Source: Vulcanimicrobiota bacterium (GTDB lineage Bacteria > Vulcanimicrobiota > Vulcanimicrobiia > Vulcanimicrobiales > Vulcanimicrobiaceae). From it: DNA of 64,000 bases. The DNA is taken from positions 960,001-1,024,000 of the forward strand of contig CAVRQT010000003.1 in the NCBI GenBank assembly GCA_963723515.1, in the 5' to 3' direction. Numbering within the stretch: position 1 is the stretch's first letter; every line of letters starts with the position of its first letter. The translations under genes and the position numbers were made by a program. Positions 22,591-31,538 of the stretch are shown in pieces. Below the pieces are notes generated by a model that was not told the origin of the DNA, searched no databases, and saw only the letters and a program-made list of their open reading frames with translations.

Positions 22591-22620
22591 AAAAGCCCCA
22601 GCGCGTAGCACCGGGGCTTC
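22591..22620 (-). terminator. Intrinsic terminator paralogous to the tRNA-Asp terminator
   Basis: Minus strand AGCCCCGGTGC-TAC-GCGCTGGGGCT-TTT. Confidence 0.7.
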
Positions 22621-22625
22621 TTTCA

Positions 22626-22664
22626 ATTCTGGCGACGCTGAAGGGGCTCGAACCCTCGACCTCC
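22626..22664 (-). repeat. 39-bp direct repeat of the tRNA-Asp 3' half (att-like site)
   Basis: ATTCTGGCGACGCTGAAGGGGCTCGAACCCTCGACCTCC, identical to 25349..25387. Confidence 0.9.
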
Positions 22665-22740
22665 CGCCCGTGGCGGTGCTGCACTTGGCTCGACTGGTCG
22701 TCTAAACGGCTTAAGCGACCTCCGCGGAAAACGTATTCGC

Positions 22741-22980
22741 ATGACCGGCACGCTGCAGGTTCGCCTTCTCGGTCATGCCAGTTTCGCGCGCGACGGCGAA
22801 CCGGTGAAGTTCGCCAAGCGCGCCACGACGATCGCAATGCTCGCGCTGCTGATTCTGCGACGGGGGCAGCCTTTCGCAGGCACCGCTTTAGCGTTCACGC
22901 TGTTTCCTGATGATGATGAAGAACAAGCGTTGGCGGAGCTGCGCCGGTACCTTCATCTCGCCTCCAAGGCACTGCCGACG
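22741..22980 (+). pseudogene. N-terminal fragment of a SARP/BTAD-type transcriptional regulator
   Basis: LQVRLLG...LALLILRRGQP....LAFTLFPDDDEEQALAELRRYLH.. (winged helix), then abrupt loss of similarity. Confidence 0.65.
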
Positions 22981-23227
22981 CAGCGGTTCCGTGCGGGACG
23001 TCTTGAGCGGGCGCGAATACCACGTTGCCGGCCCAAGCGAGATCGCTGACTTTATCAGCACGCAATTGACCGAACGCCGCAAACGCGGACGGCGCCGTAC
23101 TCGTCGTTGCTTGCTGGTTATGAGCGCAACCGCTCATGACCAGTATCAGAGCGAGAAAAAACGGGATACCGTGACAACGCATTGGCGAGCCCCCGCGGTT
23201 CGAGTCTTTAGATATGCGCGGGTTCAT
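22981..23227 (-). CDS. Putative lipoprotein, probably 3'-truncated
   Basis: FFLALILVMSGC lipobox in ORF 22895..23227; C-terminus runs into the opposite-strand regulator fragment. Confidence 0.4.
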
Positions 23228-23582
23228 TAAACTGCACGCCGCTCGGAATGTAGGAGATAAACGTGCCGTTGTGGTTCTGAATTACGATCGTACCGGCCGG
23301 ACAGCTCCATCGGACCGCGCCACTTGCCGCTAGTCTCCGGCAATCGTTCGGCAAATTGGATTTGAACCAAAGATCGACGAGATGTATCGAGGCGCCTGTC
23401 GTTTCGTTAAGAGGAACGCCCGCTCTGATCGCGTTCGCCGGAACGTCTTCCACGATGTGACCGCGTGGATATATGGGCAGCTGCCCATCAGTTTGCACGT
23501 CAAACTCTTTCGCGGGTGCCGGCTGAACGAGGAAGCTCAATGCGAAGGCCGCCGAGGCGGCGCTAATAAGATATTTCATCAT
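23208..23582 (-). CDS. Small secreted hypothetical protein
   Basis: Signal peptide (PAPA-K), LPIYP motif, two Cys. Confidence 0.65.
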   Translation of the reverse strand: MMKYLISAASAAFALSFLVQPAPAKEFDVQTDGQLPIYPRGHIVEDVPANAIRAGVPLNETTGASIHLVDLWFKSNLPNDCRRLAASGAVRWSCPAGTIVIQNHNGTFISYIPSGVQFNEPAHI

Positions 23583-23679
23583 GGCGCTACTCTAGCGCGC
23601 CACCGTACGGGTATCGTGCGGAGACGCCTTGAGCCCCCTGCACGCCGCCGGCATGCGCCCCTGATACGCTGACGGCACG

Positions 23680-24741
23680 ATGAAAACACTGCTGCGGGCT
23701 CTTGCCCTTGTCGCGCTTTGCTGTTCGCCGGCGCTCGCGATGCAACGCGTCTACTATATTGCTGCGGACGACGTCCTCTGGAATTACGCGCCCACCGGCA
23801 CGAACGTCTTAACCGGCGCCCCGCTCGAGTCCGATAAGAACACGATCGGCTTTGCATTCCATAAGATCGTCTACCACGAGTACACCGACGCATCGTTCGC
23901 AAATCTTAAGCAACGCCCGGCGGCCGAAGAATATATGGGCATACTTGGACCGCCGATCCACGCGCAAGTGGGCGACACGGTCGTTGTCATCTTCAAGAAC
24001 AACGCCGAGTTGCCACTCAGCTTTCACGCGCACGGCCTTCGTTATCTCAAGAGTTCCGAAGGCGCGCCCTACCGTGACGGGACGAACGTGAGCGAGAAGC
24101 CGGGCGACGGCGTTGCGCCGGGCGCCGTCTACACGTACCGTTTCGATGTGCCCGAACGCTCCGGCCCCGGTCCGATGGATCCGTCTTCGATCCTCTGGAT
24201 GTATCATTCGCACACCGATGAGCTCCATGATGTGAACACCGGCCTCGTCGGCCCAATCGTGGTAACTCGAAAAGGGGCAGCGAAGCGGAACGGCTCGCCG
24301 GCAAACGTCGACCGTGAAGTCTACACACTGTTCGGTGAAATGGACGAAACCGAAAGCCGGCTTTTTAAAGAGAACCTGGCCGATAGCAGCGTTAACACGC
24401 GGGGGTTAAAACCCGGCGCGCAAAACTTCCAGTTCGCGAACCAATTCTTTTCAATGAACGGCTACATCTACGGCAACATGCCGCTGATCGACGTGCGTCG
24501 CGGGCAACGCACGCGGTGGTACATCATGGCCACCATGAGCGACTACGACGTTCACGCGCCGCATTGGCATGGTGAAACCGTCATCGTCAACGGCATGCGC
24601 ACGGATACGGCGGAGCTCGGGCCAATGGGGATGCTCGTCGCCGATATGGTGCCGGATAATCCTGGCACTTGGCTCTACCACTGCCATCTCAACGTACACA
24701 TGGAGCAAGGCATGATCGCGCGCTTTCGCACGCTGCCTTAA
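23680..24741 (+). CDS. Two-domain multicopper oxidase, ceruloplasmin-like
   Basis: YYIAADDVLWNYAP, GILGP.IHAQVGD, HAHG, WMYHSH, HAPHWHG, WLYHCHLNVHMEQGM. Confidence 0.9.
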   Translation: MKTLLRALALVALCCSPALAMQRVYYIAADDVLWNYAPTGTNVLTGAPLESDKNTIGFAFHKIVYHEYTDASFANLKQRPAAEEYMGILGPPIHAQVGDTVVVIFKNNAELPLSFHAHGLRYLKSSEGAPYRDGTNVSEKPGDGVAPGAVYTYRFDVPERSGPGPMDPSSILWMYHSHTDELHDVNTGLVGPIVVTRKGAAKRNGSPANVDREVYTLFGEMDETESRLFKENLADSSVNTRGLKPGAQNFQFANQFFSMNGYIYGNMPLIDVRRGQRTRWYIMATMSDYDVHAPHWHGETVIVNGMRTDTAELGPMGMLVADMVPDNPGTWLYHCHLNVHMEQGMIARFRTLP

Positions 24742-24767
24742 TCACTCCCAACCCATAAGGAGGTTCG

Positions 24768-25271
24768 ATGTTTTTACGTTCTCTTATTTTTACATTAGCA
24801 GTTGTCGCGCTCGGAGGCGGGCTCGCGATGGCTAAACCGACTCCCGTTCCGGGCGGCGCAAATCAAGTCGGCGCGGTCTCCGGTCGGATCGGAGAAACCG
24901 TCTTCAACGGCGTGTTGCGCTTCAATGTGCAAGATTTGCGCGAAGCGACATCGGGCGACCATCCTGAGCAGATGCTCCCACAGCCGAATCAGAAGGTGAT
25001 GGTCATGGACGTACTGCTTCGAAATGGTTCGCATAGCGATTTTATCGATTTGATCACGTACACGCTCGCCGACAAAGACGGCGTCGCGTTCAGCATACCG
25101 TCCAATTACGTCCATGAGGCAAACCTGCACATCCAGCAAGGTGCCTCGGCACGACAAAAAGCGATCTTCCTCGTCGACAAGGACTACCAACCCACAAAGT
25201 TGCTGATTCAGTGTGCCACCTGCGGCACGAAGTCGGCATTCAGAGCGGTTCGCTTGTCGGTATCGCATTAA
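24768..25271 (+). CDS. Secreted hypothetical protein (DUF4352-like beta-sandwich), C-terminal CxxC
   Basis: AAGGAGG RBS, signal peptide, YTLADKDG, CATC. Confidence 0.65.
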   Translation: MFLRSLIFTLAVVALGGGLAMAKPTPVPGGANQVGAVSGRIGETVFNGVLRFNVQDLREATSGDHPEQMLPQPNQKVMVMDVLLRNGSHSDFIDLITYTLADKDGVAFSIPSNYVHEANLHIQQGASARQKAIFLVDKDYQPTKLLIQCATCGTKSAFRAVRLSVSH

Positions 25272-25315
25272 GCCATAAAGAAGGCAAGCCGGATCGCCGC
25301 GATATTTCGAACAGC

Positions 25316-25344
25316 AAAGCCCCCGCGCATAGCACAGGGGCTCT
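25316..25344 (-). terminator. Terminator of the tRNA-Val/tRNA-Asp transcript
   Basis: Minus strand AGCCCCTGTGC-TAT-GCGCGGGGGCT-TT. Confidence 0.65.
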
Positions 25345-25352
25345 TGTCATTC

Positions 25353-25430
25353 TGGCGACGCTGAAGGGGCTCGAACCCTCGACCTCCGCCGTGACAGGGC
25401 GGCGCTCTAAACCAACTGAGCTACAGCGCC
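25353..25430 (-). tRNA. tRNA-Asp (GTC)
   Basis: GGCGCTGTAGCTCAGTTGG...CTGTCAC...GGTTCGAGCCCC...CGTCGCCA. Confidence 0.97.
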
Positions 25431-25451
25431 ACATTCGGCGCTTCTACAACT

Positions 25452-25523
25452 TGGGCACGGTTGGGATTGAACCAACGACCCCCCGCGTGTGAAGCGGATG
25501 CTCTCCCACTGAGCTACGCGCCC
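25452..25523 (-). tRNA. tRNA-Val (CAC)
   Basis: GGGCGCGTAGCTCAGTGGGAGAGC...TTCACAC...GGTTCAATCC...CGTGCCCA. Confidence 0.95.
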
Positions 25524-25585
25524 CATGAGGACCGGTCAGATTATACCACCCGCACTGAGCGACCCTCCCGGGTAGAACGCAGGTA

Positions 25586-26132
25586 ATGAAGCTGCTGACT
25601 GTCGGCCATGGCACAGCATCGGCACAAGAATTCGCTGATCTGATCCACGCTGCGGAAATCAAAACGGTCGTCGACGTGCGCAGCGTTCCGAAAAGCCGTC
25701 GCCATCCGCATTTTTGGTCGGAAGAGATGGCGGTTTGGCTTCCGCAGCTTTCCGGCGCCGCATACCGATGGAACGAAGGCTTGGGCGGCTTTCGCAAAAT
25801 GCGATCTCGATTCTCAAAACGTCGGATTGCGACATCCAGCGTTTCGCGGATACGCTGACTACATGGAGACCGACGCATTTCATGAAGCGCTCGCAACGCT
25901 GCTTGATGACGCGGCGAAACAGCAGACCGCCGTCATGTGCTCTGAGAGTCTTTGGTGGCGGTGCCACCGGCGGTTGATCTCCGATGCGGCCGTACTGCTC
26001 CACCAGATAGAGGTACACCATCTCTTTCACACCGGCAAACTTGTTCCGCACATGCCGACTGAGGGCGTCCATGTTTTAGAGAATCGTTGCTTGCGGTACG
26101 ACATGGTCGAAAATGACGATCCTCAGCGCTAA
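25586..26132 (+). CDS. DUF488 family protein; frameshift near 25800
   Basis: TVGHG, VDVRSVP.SRRHPHF, LGGFR; FRGYADYM, VMCSE..WWRCHRRLISD. Confidence 0.85.
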
Positions 26133-27206
26133 CCTCGAAGCCGCCAAGGCCGCCGGACTGCGTTACGTGCGCGACGAGATTCCCGGGATCACGCGCCGTA
26201 AAGCGGGCGCGCACTTCATCTTCTTCGATCCTTCCGGGCAACCGCATCACGGAACGCGCTGAAGTTGCGAGGATTCGCGCACTTGCAATTCCGCCCGCGT
26301 ACACGAACGTTTGGATTTCGCCGGTCGCGAACGGCCATCTTCAGGCGACCGGCCGGGACGCGCGCGGCCGCAAGCAATATCGGTATCATAAGCGCTGGCG
26401 TGAAGTGCGCGATGAAAACAAGTTTGATCGAATGGTCGAGTTCGCGCAAGCGCTGCCAAAGATTCGCAGTACGGTTCAGGCGCATCTTGCGTTGCCCGAC
26501 CTGCCGCGCGAGAAAGTCCTCGCAACGGTCGTGCAGCTTCTGGAGACGACGCTGATTCGCGTCGGAAATGAGGAGTATGCGAAGGAGAACGATTCGTACG
26601 GTTTGAGCACGTTGGAAAGCCGTCATGTAAAAATCGAAGGCGCAACCGTGCGCTTTCGCTTTCGCGGAAAGAGCGGAATCCGTCATGCTGTTGACCTTCA
26701 GGACCGGCGTCTGGCCAAGATCATCCGCGCCTGCCGCGACATCCCAGGGCAAGAACTCTTTCAATACGTCGATGACGACGGGGAAGTGCACAATATCGAC
26801 TCGCAAGACGTCAATGATTACATTCGGGAGATCTCGGGCGGCGATTTCACTGCTAAGGACTTTCGAACGTGGGTCGGCACGGTCACCTGCGCCGTTATCC
26901 TTCGCGAAGGGCCGCATTTCGAGAGCGAGACGGAGAGCAAGAAGTACGTCGCCGAAACGATCCGTCCAGGTTGCGCAACGGCTGGGAAATACGGCGGCCG
27001 TCTGTCGCAAGTGCTACGTGCATCCGACGGTGATCGAGTGCTACATGGATGGCGCTCCATTCCCACTTAATGCGTACGCGCGCGGGCAGCGGCAACGCCG
27101 GCACAGAATTGAGCGCCGAAGAACGCATGACGCTGAGACTTCTCAAGAACCGGCTCAAAGAAGACGACGCCGGGCGCACGCAAAAGCAATTGCAAGCCTC
27201 GCTTAA
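26113..27206 (+). CDS. DNA topoisomerase IB (poxvirus-like); at least 2 frameshifts
   Basis: GLRYV.D..PGI.R, IRVGNEEY, FRGKSG, FTAKDFRTW, LGNTAAVCRKCYVHP (catalytic Tyr). Confidence 0.9.
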
Positions 27207-27218
27207 GCGGAAATCCGC

Positions 27219-28684
27219 ATGATCGCCGCATTTGTGATGGCCGCGGCGATGCTGCCCGCAACGGTTATCGCCCATCACCCGCTCTCAAATGTGACGTCCG
27301 CCGAACAAGCGGCCTTCGATCGCGGACTGACGTTGTATTACGCTTACAACGGCACGCAAGGAGTGCACGTATTTCAGAACGCGGTGCAGGCGGATCCGAA
27401 GTTTGCGATGGGATATTGGGGACTTGCGCTATCTTATGGACCGGATATCAACGTCGATCTGACCGAGGAGCACTTCAAACGTGCGCATGCCGCAATCGAA
27501 AGCGCCGTCGCGCTCGAATCGACGGTTTCACCCGAAGAACGTTCCTACATCGAAGCGATGCGCGCACGTTACGCCGGCAGTTGGCCGGACCATGAAAAGG
27601 ACGATGATGCCTACCGCGCCGCCATGGCAAGCGCGGTTGCGAAGTACGCGAACGACGACGACTTAGCGGCGCTTTACGTCGAGTCGCTGCTCGAAAAATA
27701 TGGGCGTAATGCCTGGAAAGCTCGGAACGAACACGCCGGCATCAAGCGGCACGCCTGACGATGCGCTCACTCCTCGATCGCATCGTCGCCCGCGAGCCGA
27801 ATCACATCATGGCCAACCATCTGCAGATCCACCTCTTCGAAGATGCGGCCGACCATTCGCGCTCGATTGCTGCGGCGAACCGGCTCGATGAGATGCATTT
27901 TGCTGCGGAGGACGAGCATCTCGCACACATGCCTGCGCACGCATGGATTGACGTCGGCGATTATGCGCGCGCGGTCGCATCTTCACGGCGTGCCATCTCC
28001 TACTTCGATGAGTACCTCGCTGAACCGAATGCGGATCGCGCGCACCACGGCTATCTCGCTCACGACGTGAGCGTCGGTTGGCGCGCCGCCTTGATGTTAG
28101 GGAACTACGCGAGCGCGAAATGGTTCGCGAACCGGTTGGCCGCAATCGAAAACACGCAAGCGGAATCACTGATGACGGCGCTGCGATTCGGCGATCGTAG
28201 TGCCTTTGTTGCTGCAACAGACAAGGACGCTAAAACGTATCGCACCTATGAAGACATCTTGCAAGGTGATCTCGCTGGATCGCGCGCCGCCTTTACAAGC
28301 GCGTTTGACCCGAAAGATGACGATCCCCTGGCTTGGGCAATCGCCGGACGCCTCAAGTTGCTGGAAGGCGACCGGCAGTCCGCGAGCTCGGATTTTAGCA
28401 AAGCGTGGAGTCTGGAAGGTTCGCAATTCGTGGGCGAGGAGTTGCCGTCGTTTCCGGTCGGCGAGCTCGAGGGGTTCGGCTACTTCCGCAACGGAGACTA
28501 TCGCGCTGCAGAGACGGCGTTCCGGCACACCTTGAAGCGCTTCTCAAATGATCCGCGTGCGCTCTACGGTCTCAGCTTGGCGCTGCAAAAAGACGGGCGC
28601 GCCGCGGAGGCGCAGCGCGTGGTGGCCGATTTTCGCAAACAATGGCAAGGCGCGGACACGCGCCTGTCGGTCGGTACGCTCTAA
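27219..28684 (+). CDS. Secreted TPR-repeat protein; frameshift near 27720-27760
   Basis: QAAFDRGLTLYYAYN, DPKFAMGYWGLALSYGPDIN, NH.QIH.FE, HL.HMPAH, NDPRALYGL. Confidence 0.8.
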
Positions 28685-28692
28685 AGAGCGGC

Positions 28693-28732
28693 CGACGGGG
28701 GCGGCAAATGGCGGTTGCCGCAAGACCCGTCG
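28693..28732. terminator. GC-rich hairpin between convergent genes
   Basis: CGACGGG-GGCGGCAA...TTGCCGC-AAGA-CCCGTCG; no clear U tract. Confidence 0.4.
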
Positions 28733-28754
28733 ACCACCGGCGCAAGAAACGGCT

Positions 28755-28946
28755 CTAGTTCTTCTCGCGCACGACTTCTGCGAACGATACGAGCAGCTCG
28801 CTTAGCGCGAGTGCACCGTTCGCAATCTTCCCGCGAAGCGGACTTTGCTTAGCACGCATCGCCTCGCGCCTTAAACGCGCTTGCGAGGCGTCCGCTAAGA
28901 TCCGCTTGCGGCGTTGATGGATCTCGGAAAGAATCCAATCGTGCAT
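28755..28946 (-). CDS. Small basic helical protein of unknown function (63 aa)
   Basis: GAAAGTGAGG RBS directly upstream; MHDWILSEIHQRRKRILADASQARLRREA... Confidence 0.75.
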   Translation of the reverse strand: MHDWILSEIHQRRKRILADASQARLRREAMRAKQSPLRGKIANGALALSELLVSFAEVVREKN

Positions 28947-28985
28947 AACGCCTCACTTTCGTTAAGCTCAGGATACAGTGCAAAT

Positions 28986-29012
28986 AAAAAAGACCTCCGC
29001 TTTGCGGAGGCC
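28986..29012 (-). terminator. Attenuator terminator in the 5' leader
   Basis: GGCCTCCGC-AAA-GCGGAGGTC-TTTTTT on the minus strand, about 40 nt upstream of the 63-aa ORF. Confidence 0.85.
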
Positions 29013-29043
29013 CTCTTCGTGTTGAAAGACGGCGCTCGTAGCG

Positions 29044-29160
29044 CTACGCTTCCCTCCCGAAAAAGACTCCGCTCCATTTGCTGTTGAGCATAGGAATGCC
29101 AGCGACGCCCGCAAAGGCGGTCGTATTTTGGCGATTAATCTTGGTCAATTGCGCCTTCAT
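29044..29160 (-). CDS. Putative leader peptide (38 aa) of a ribosome-mediated attenuator
   Basis: AAAGGAG RBS; MKAQLTKINRQNTTAFAGVAGIPMLNSKWSGVFFGREA*; 3' codons are complementary to the terminator 5' arm. Confidence 0.7.
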   Translation of the reverse strand: MKAQLTKINRQNTTAFAGVAGIPMLNSKWSGVFFGREA

Positions 29161-29188
29161 CGGCACTCCTTTCTGCAAATGTTGCTCT

Positions 29189-29217
29189 AGGTTATCAAAC
29201 GCATATCGCAAAGTCAA
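29189..29217 (-). promoter_or_regulatory. sigma70-type promoter with extended -10
   Basis: TTGACT-17 nt-TAACCT, with TG at -15/-14. Confidence 0.7.
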
Positions 29218-29288
29218 CACGTAACTCGTTACCGATGTCCACTCTGATGTAAGCGATCGCAGCCCCGCTGTCACAGCTGAGAACGCCT

Positions 29289-29418
29289 GTGCTGAGTGCA
29301 GTCGAAACATCGAAATGTGAGAGTACCTTTTTAATCATGCTTCGACGAGCTCAGCATGACGCTGGAACTATCGCGTTTCTGTGGATTGCAATGGCCCTTC
29401 GACAGGCTCAGGGTGACA
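29289..29418. repeat. REP-like cluster (1 degenerate forward copy, 2 reverse copies)
   Basis: CTTCGACGAGCTCAGCATGAC at 29340; CTTCGACAGGCTCAGGGTGACA at 29397. Confidence 0.8.
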
Positions 29419-29446
29419 GAGTGTTATAGTATCAGGTGCGCGGCGC

Positions 29447-29521
29447 GGGCGGTTAGCTCAGTGGGAGAGCGCTTCCTTGACACGGAAGAGGTCAGTGGTT
29501 CAATCCCACTACCGCCCACCA
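29447..29521 (+). tRNA. tRNA-Val (GAC)
   Basis: GGGCGGTTAGCTCAGTGGGAGAGC...TTGACAC...GGTTCAATCC...CCGCCCACCA. Confidence 0.97.
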
Positions 29522-29595
29522 TTAAAATCGTTATTTTCTCGTCAGGCACGCTGCGCTTTTTCTGCACGACCGGAATCCTTAAGGACGGTGAATGG

Positions 29596-30213
29596 ATGAA
29601 AAATTCAATGCTCCGCGTCAGCGCCGGCGTTTTCGCAGTTATGCTCGTCGGATTGTTGCTATGGGGCGCTGCGCCGAAAACCGTGAGCGCTGCGGGCCTT
29701 CAGGTAGTGGCGCAAGAGACTCCGACCGAAGCGCCAACGCAGACGCCTAGCGCCGCTACAACGCCGAGCGGCACGATGAACAATCCGAGCCCAAGCGTCC
29801 CAACCTACAACGGCAAGCCGGCAGGCACCGATATGCTCAACGACAATCCAAACGGCCCCAACTGGCTCTCCAAGTTCGCGCGCAATCCGGGGCTCGACAC
29901 AAGCGGCGGCTCGTCGATGCGCCGCGCTAAAACGCCACCTTCGTGCGGTTCGCCTACCGATCTCGCGACCGTCGAGCGCTTGGCGCTTCAACTACCACAG
30001 ACGCGAGGGCTGCCTTCGACCAGCATCATGGATGCGGTCGCGCGCGGTAACTACGCCCGCGTCGACGTCGAAACAAAGGGCGTATACGCCGCATACTTCC
30101 AATACCGCAACGGCGCATGGAGGCCCGCAGCCCAGAGCGACATCGAGACAGGGCTTCCCAATGCGCATCTTTGCCACAACCCGCACTTTGTTAACCGCCC
30201 AAGCGGACCGTAG
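29596..30213 (+). CDS. Secreted Pro/Thr-rich hypothetical protein
   Basis: Signal peptide from MKNSML; low-complexity linker; two Cys. Confidence 0.65.
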   Translation: MKNSMLRVSAGVFAVMLVGLLLWGAAPKTVSAAGLQVVAQETPTEAPTQTPSAATTPSGTMNNPSPSVPTYNGKPAGTDMLNDNPNGPNWLSKFARNPGLDTSGGSSMRRAKTPPSCGSPTDLATVERLALQLPQTRGLPSTSIMDAVARGNYARVDVETKGVYAAYFQYRNGAWRPAAQSDIETGLPNAHLCHNPHFVNRPSGP

Positions 30214-30275
30214 GGCGTTCTAGTGTCAACCCTACGTAAGCGCCTCTTGCGGTTCCCAACGAGGAGGTAATTTCT

Positions 30276-30620
30276 ATGTTTCGTTCTCTTTTTTCAGTCG
30301 CGGCGATCTTCGCATGCCTCGCCGCCGCGCTTCCCGCATCGGCAGCAACGATGACGCCTTCGGAAGTCGTCGCGAAAGCTGCGTCGTTGGATGGTGCGAC
30401 CGTCACTGTTTCCGGCAAAGTTGAAAAGTTTCAACGCACTTCAACGTTGATGGGAACGATTTCCGCGTTTCAGTTGTGCGACAGCGTGTGCGTCGTCGTC
30501 ATCGATCAAAAAAATAGGTCGCAGCAGAATGGCCAAACCGCAACCGTTACGGGTTCGTTTCACGTCCAATACAAAGGTCCGCGACGTTCGTTTAAAAACG
30601 TCGTCATGATCTCGAAGTAG
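30276..30620 (+). CDS. Small secreted OB-fold-like protein
   Basis: GAGGAGG RBS, signal peptide, DGATVTVSGKV...FQLCDSVCVVV...TVTGSF. Confidence 0.7.
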   Translation: MFRSLFSVAAIFACLAAALPASAATMTPSEVVAKAASLDGATVTVSGKVEKFQRTSTLMGTISAFQLCDSVCVVVIDQKNRSQQNGQTATVTGSFHVQYKGPRRSFKNVVMISK

Positions 30621-30626
30621 CAAACC

Positions 30627-31466
30627 TTACGGCGGGCTAGTCTTCGTAAACGCCCACGTCGATACGATCTTCGCGGTCTTGCTCGCGACCTTCACCGTGT
30701 CGTCTTGGGAGCCGTCGATCTCGTGAAAACGCCCTTTGCTCATATGCGCCGTCACGGTCAGCGTCATCGTATCTGAAACGGGGCCGGAAGCCGCCTTCTG
30801 CTCTTGCTTCTTTCGATGGTGGCGCACGATTGCGAAAGCTGCGGCTCCTGCCGGCGTAAGCGCATGATGTGCAATCGCACCAACCCCAATTGATTTAGCG
30901 AGCGCGACCGGGTCAAGCTCACCACCGGACGGCAGCGTCGTCATCGTTGTACCTTGAGTCGAGCCGGCATACTGCGCGCCGCCCATCGTACTCGTCATGT
31001 GAAGTTGCGTCGCAACCGGCGTACCGTTTCCAGCCGGCGTCAACGTTACGGGCACCGTAAAGCTTGCCGCGGGGGCACTCTTCCGTGCCGCCATGCCGAC
31101 GTGTGCCGCGAGCGAAACGTCCGCCATAAAGGCTCGGGCCGCTGCATCGGGTTGATCGCTGGCCGAAGGCGGCGCCGATGGATCGGGCGCGATCGATCCG
31201 TCCGCGGTCACGGTCAGTGGAATCGTTTTACTCGTCCCATCATCACTCACCACTGTCACCGTCAATGAACGTCCTTGCGTGTGCTTTACGGTCAGCGTGC
31301 CAGAGCCGGTATGTCGCCCTTTGGGAGTCGCTACGCTCGTTGTAAACCGGAATGTGGCTGATGCTCCGTTCGGCGGAATCGCCGACTGCGCGACCGCACC
31401 CGCGCCGGTTACTCCTAAGCTAAAGATTACAATTGTAGCCGCACTGACGACTTGTGCTCTGCCCAT
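30627..31466 (-). CDS. Secreted hypothetical protein
   Basis: GGAGGG RBS, signal peptide, Thr-rich beta strands. Confidence 0.65.
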   Translation of the reverse strand: MGRAQVVSAATIVIFSLGVTGAGAVAQSAIPPNGASATFRFTTSVATPKGRHTGSGTLTVKHTQGRSLTVTVVSDDGTSKTIPLTVTADGSIAPDPSAPPSASDQPDAAARAFMADVSLAAHVGMAARKSAPAASFTVPVTLTPAGNGTPVATQLHMTSTMGGAQYAGSTQGTTMTTLPSGGELDPVALAKSIGVGAIAHHALTPAGAAAFAIVRHHRKKQEQKAASGPVSDTMTLTVTAHMSKGRFHEIDGSQDDTVKVASKTAKIVSTWAFTKTSPP

Positions 31467-31538
31467 ATTCCCTCCGCAGCTGCGATGCGCGCAACCCTAC
31501 GAAACATACGACGAGCTCGCGCTCCCTTCCTCAAACGG

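Larger units (their letters stand above)
22665..25348. mobile_element. Small genomic islet/remnant at tRNA-Asp; no integrase visible
   Basis: Bounded by the 39-bp tRNA 3'-end repeats; contains a truncated regulator and secreted proteins. Confidence 0.55.

Noticed and set aside
22665..22725. Intact second tRNA-Asp, or an intron-containing tRNA
   Set aside because: Similarity breaks down at the anticodon arm; only a weak TCTAAAC match remains and no D-arm or acceptor 5' strand can be formed.
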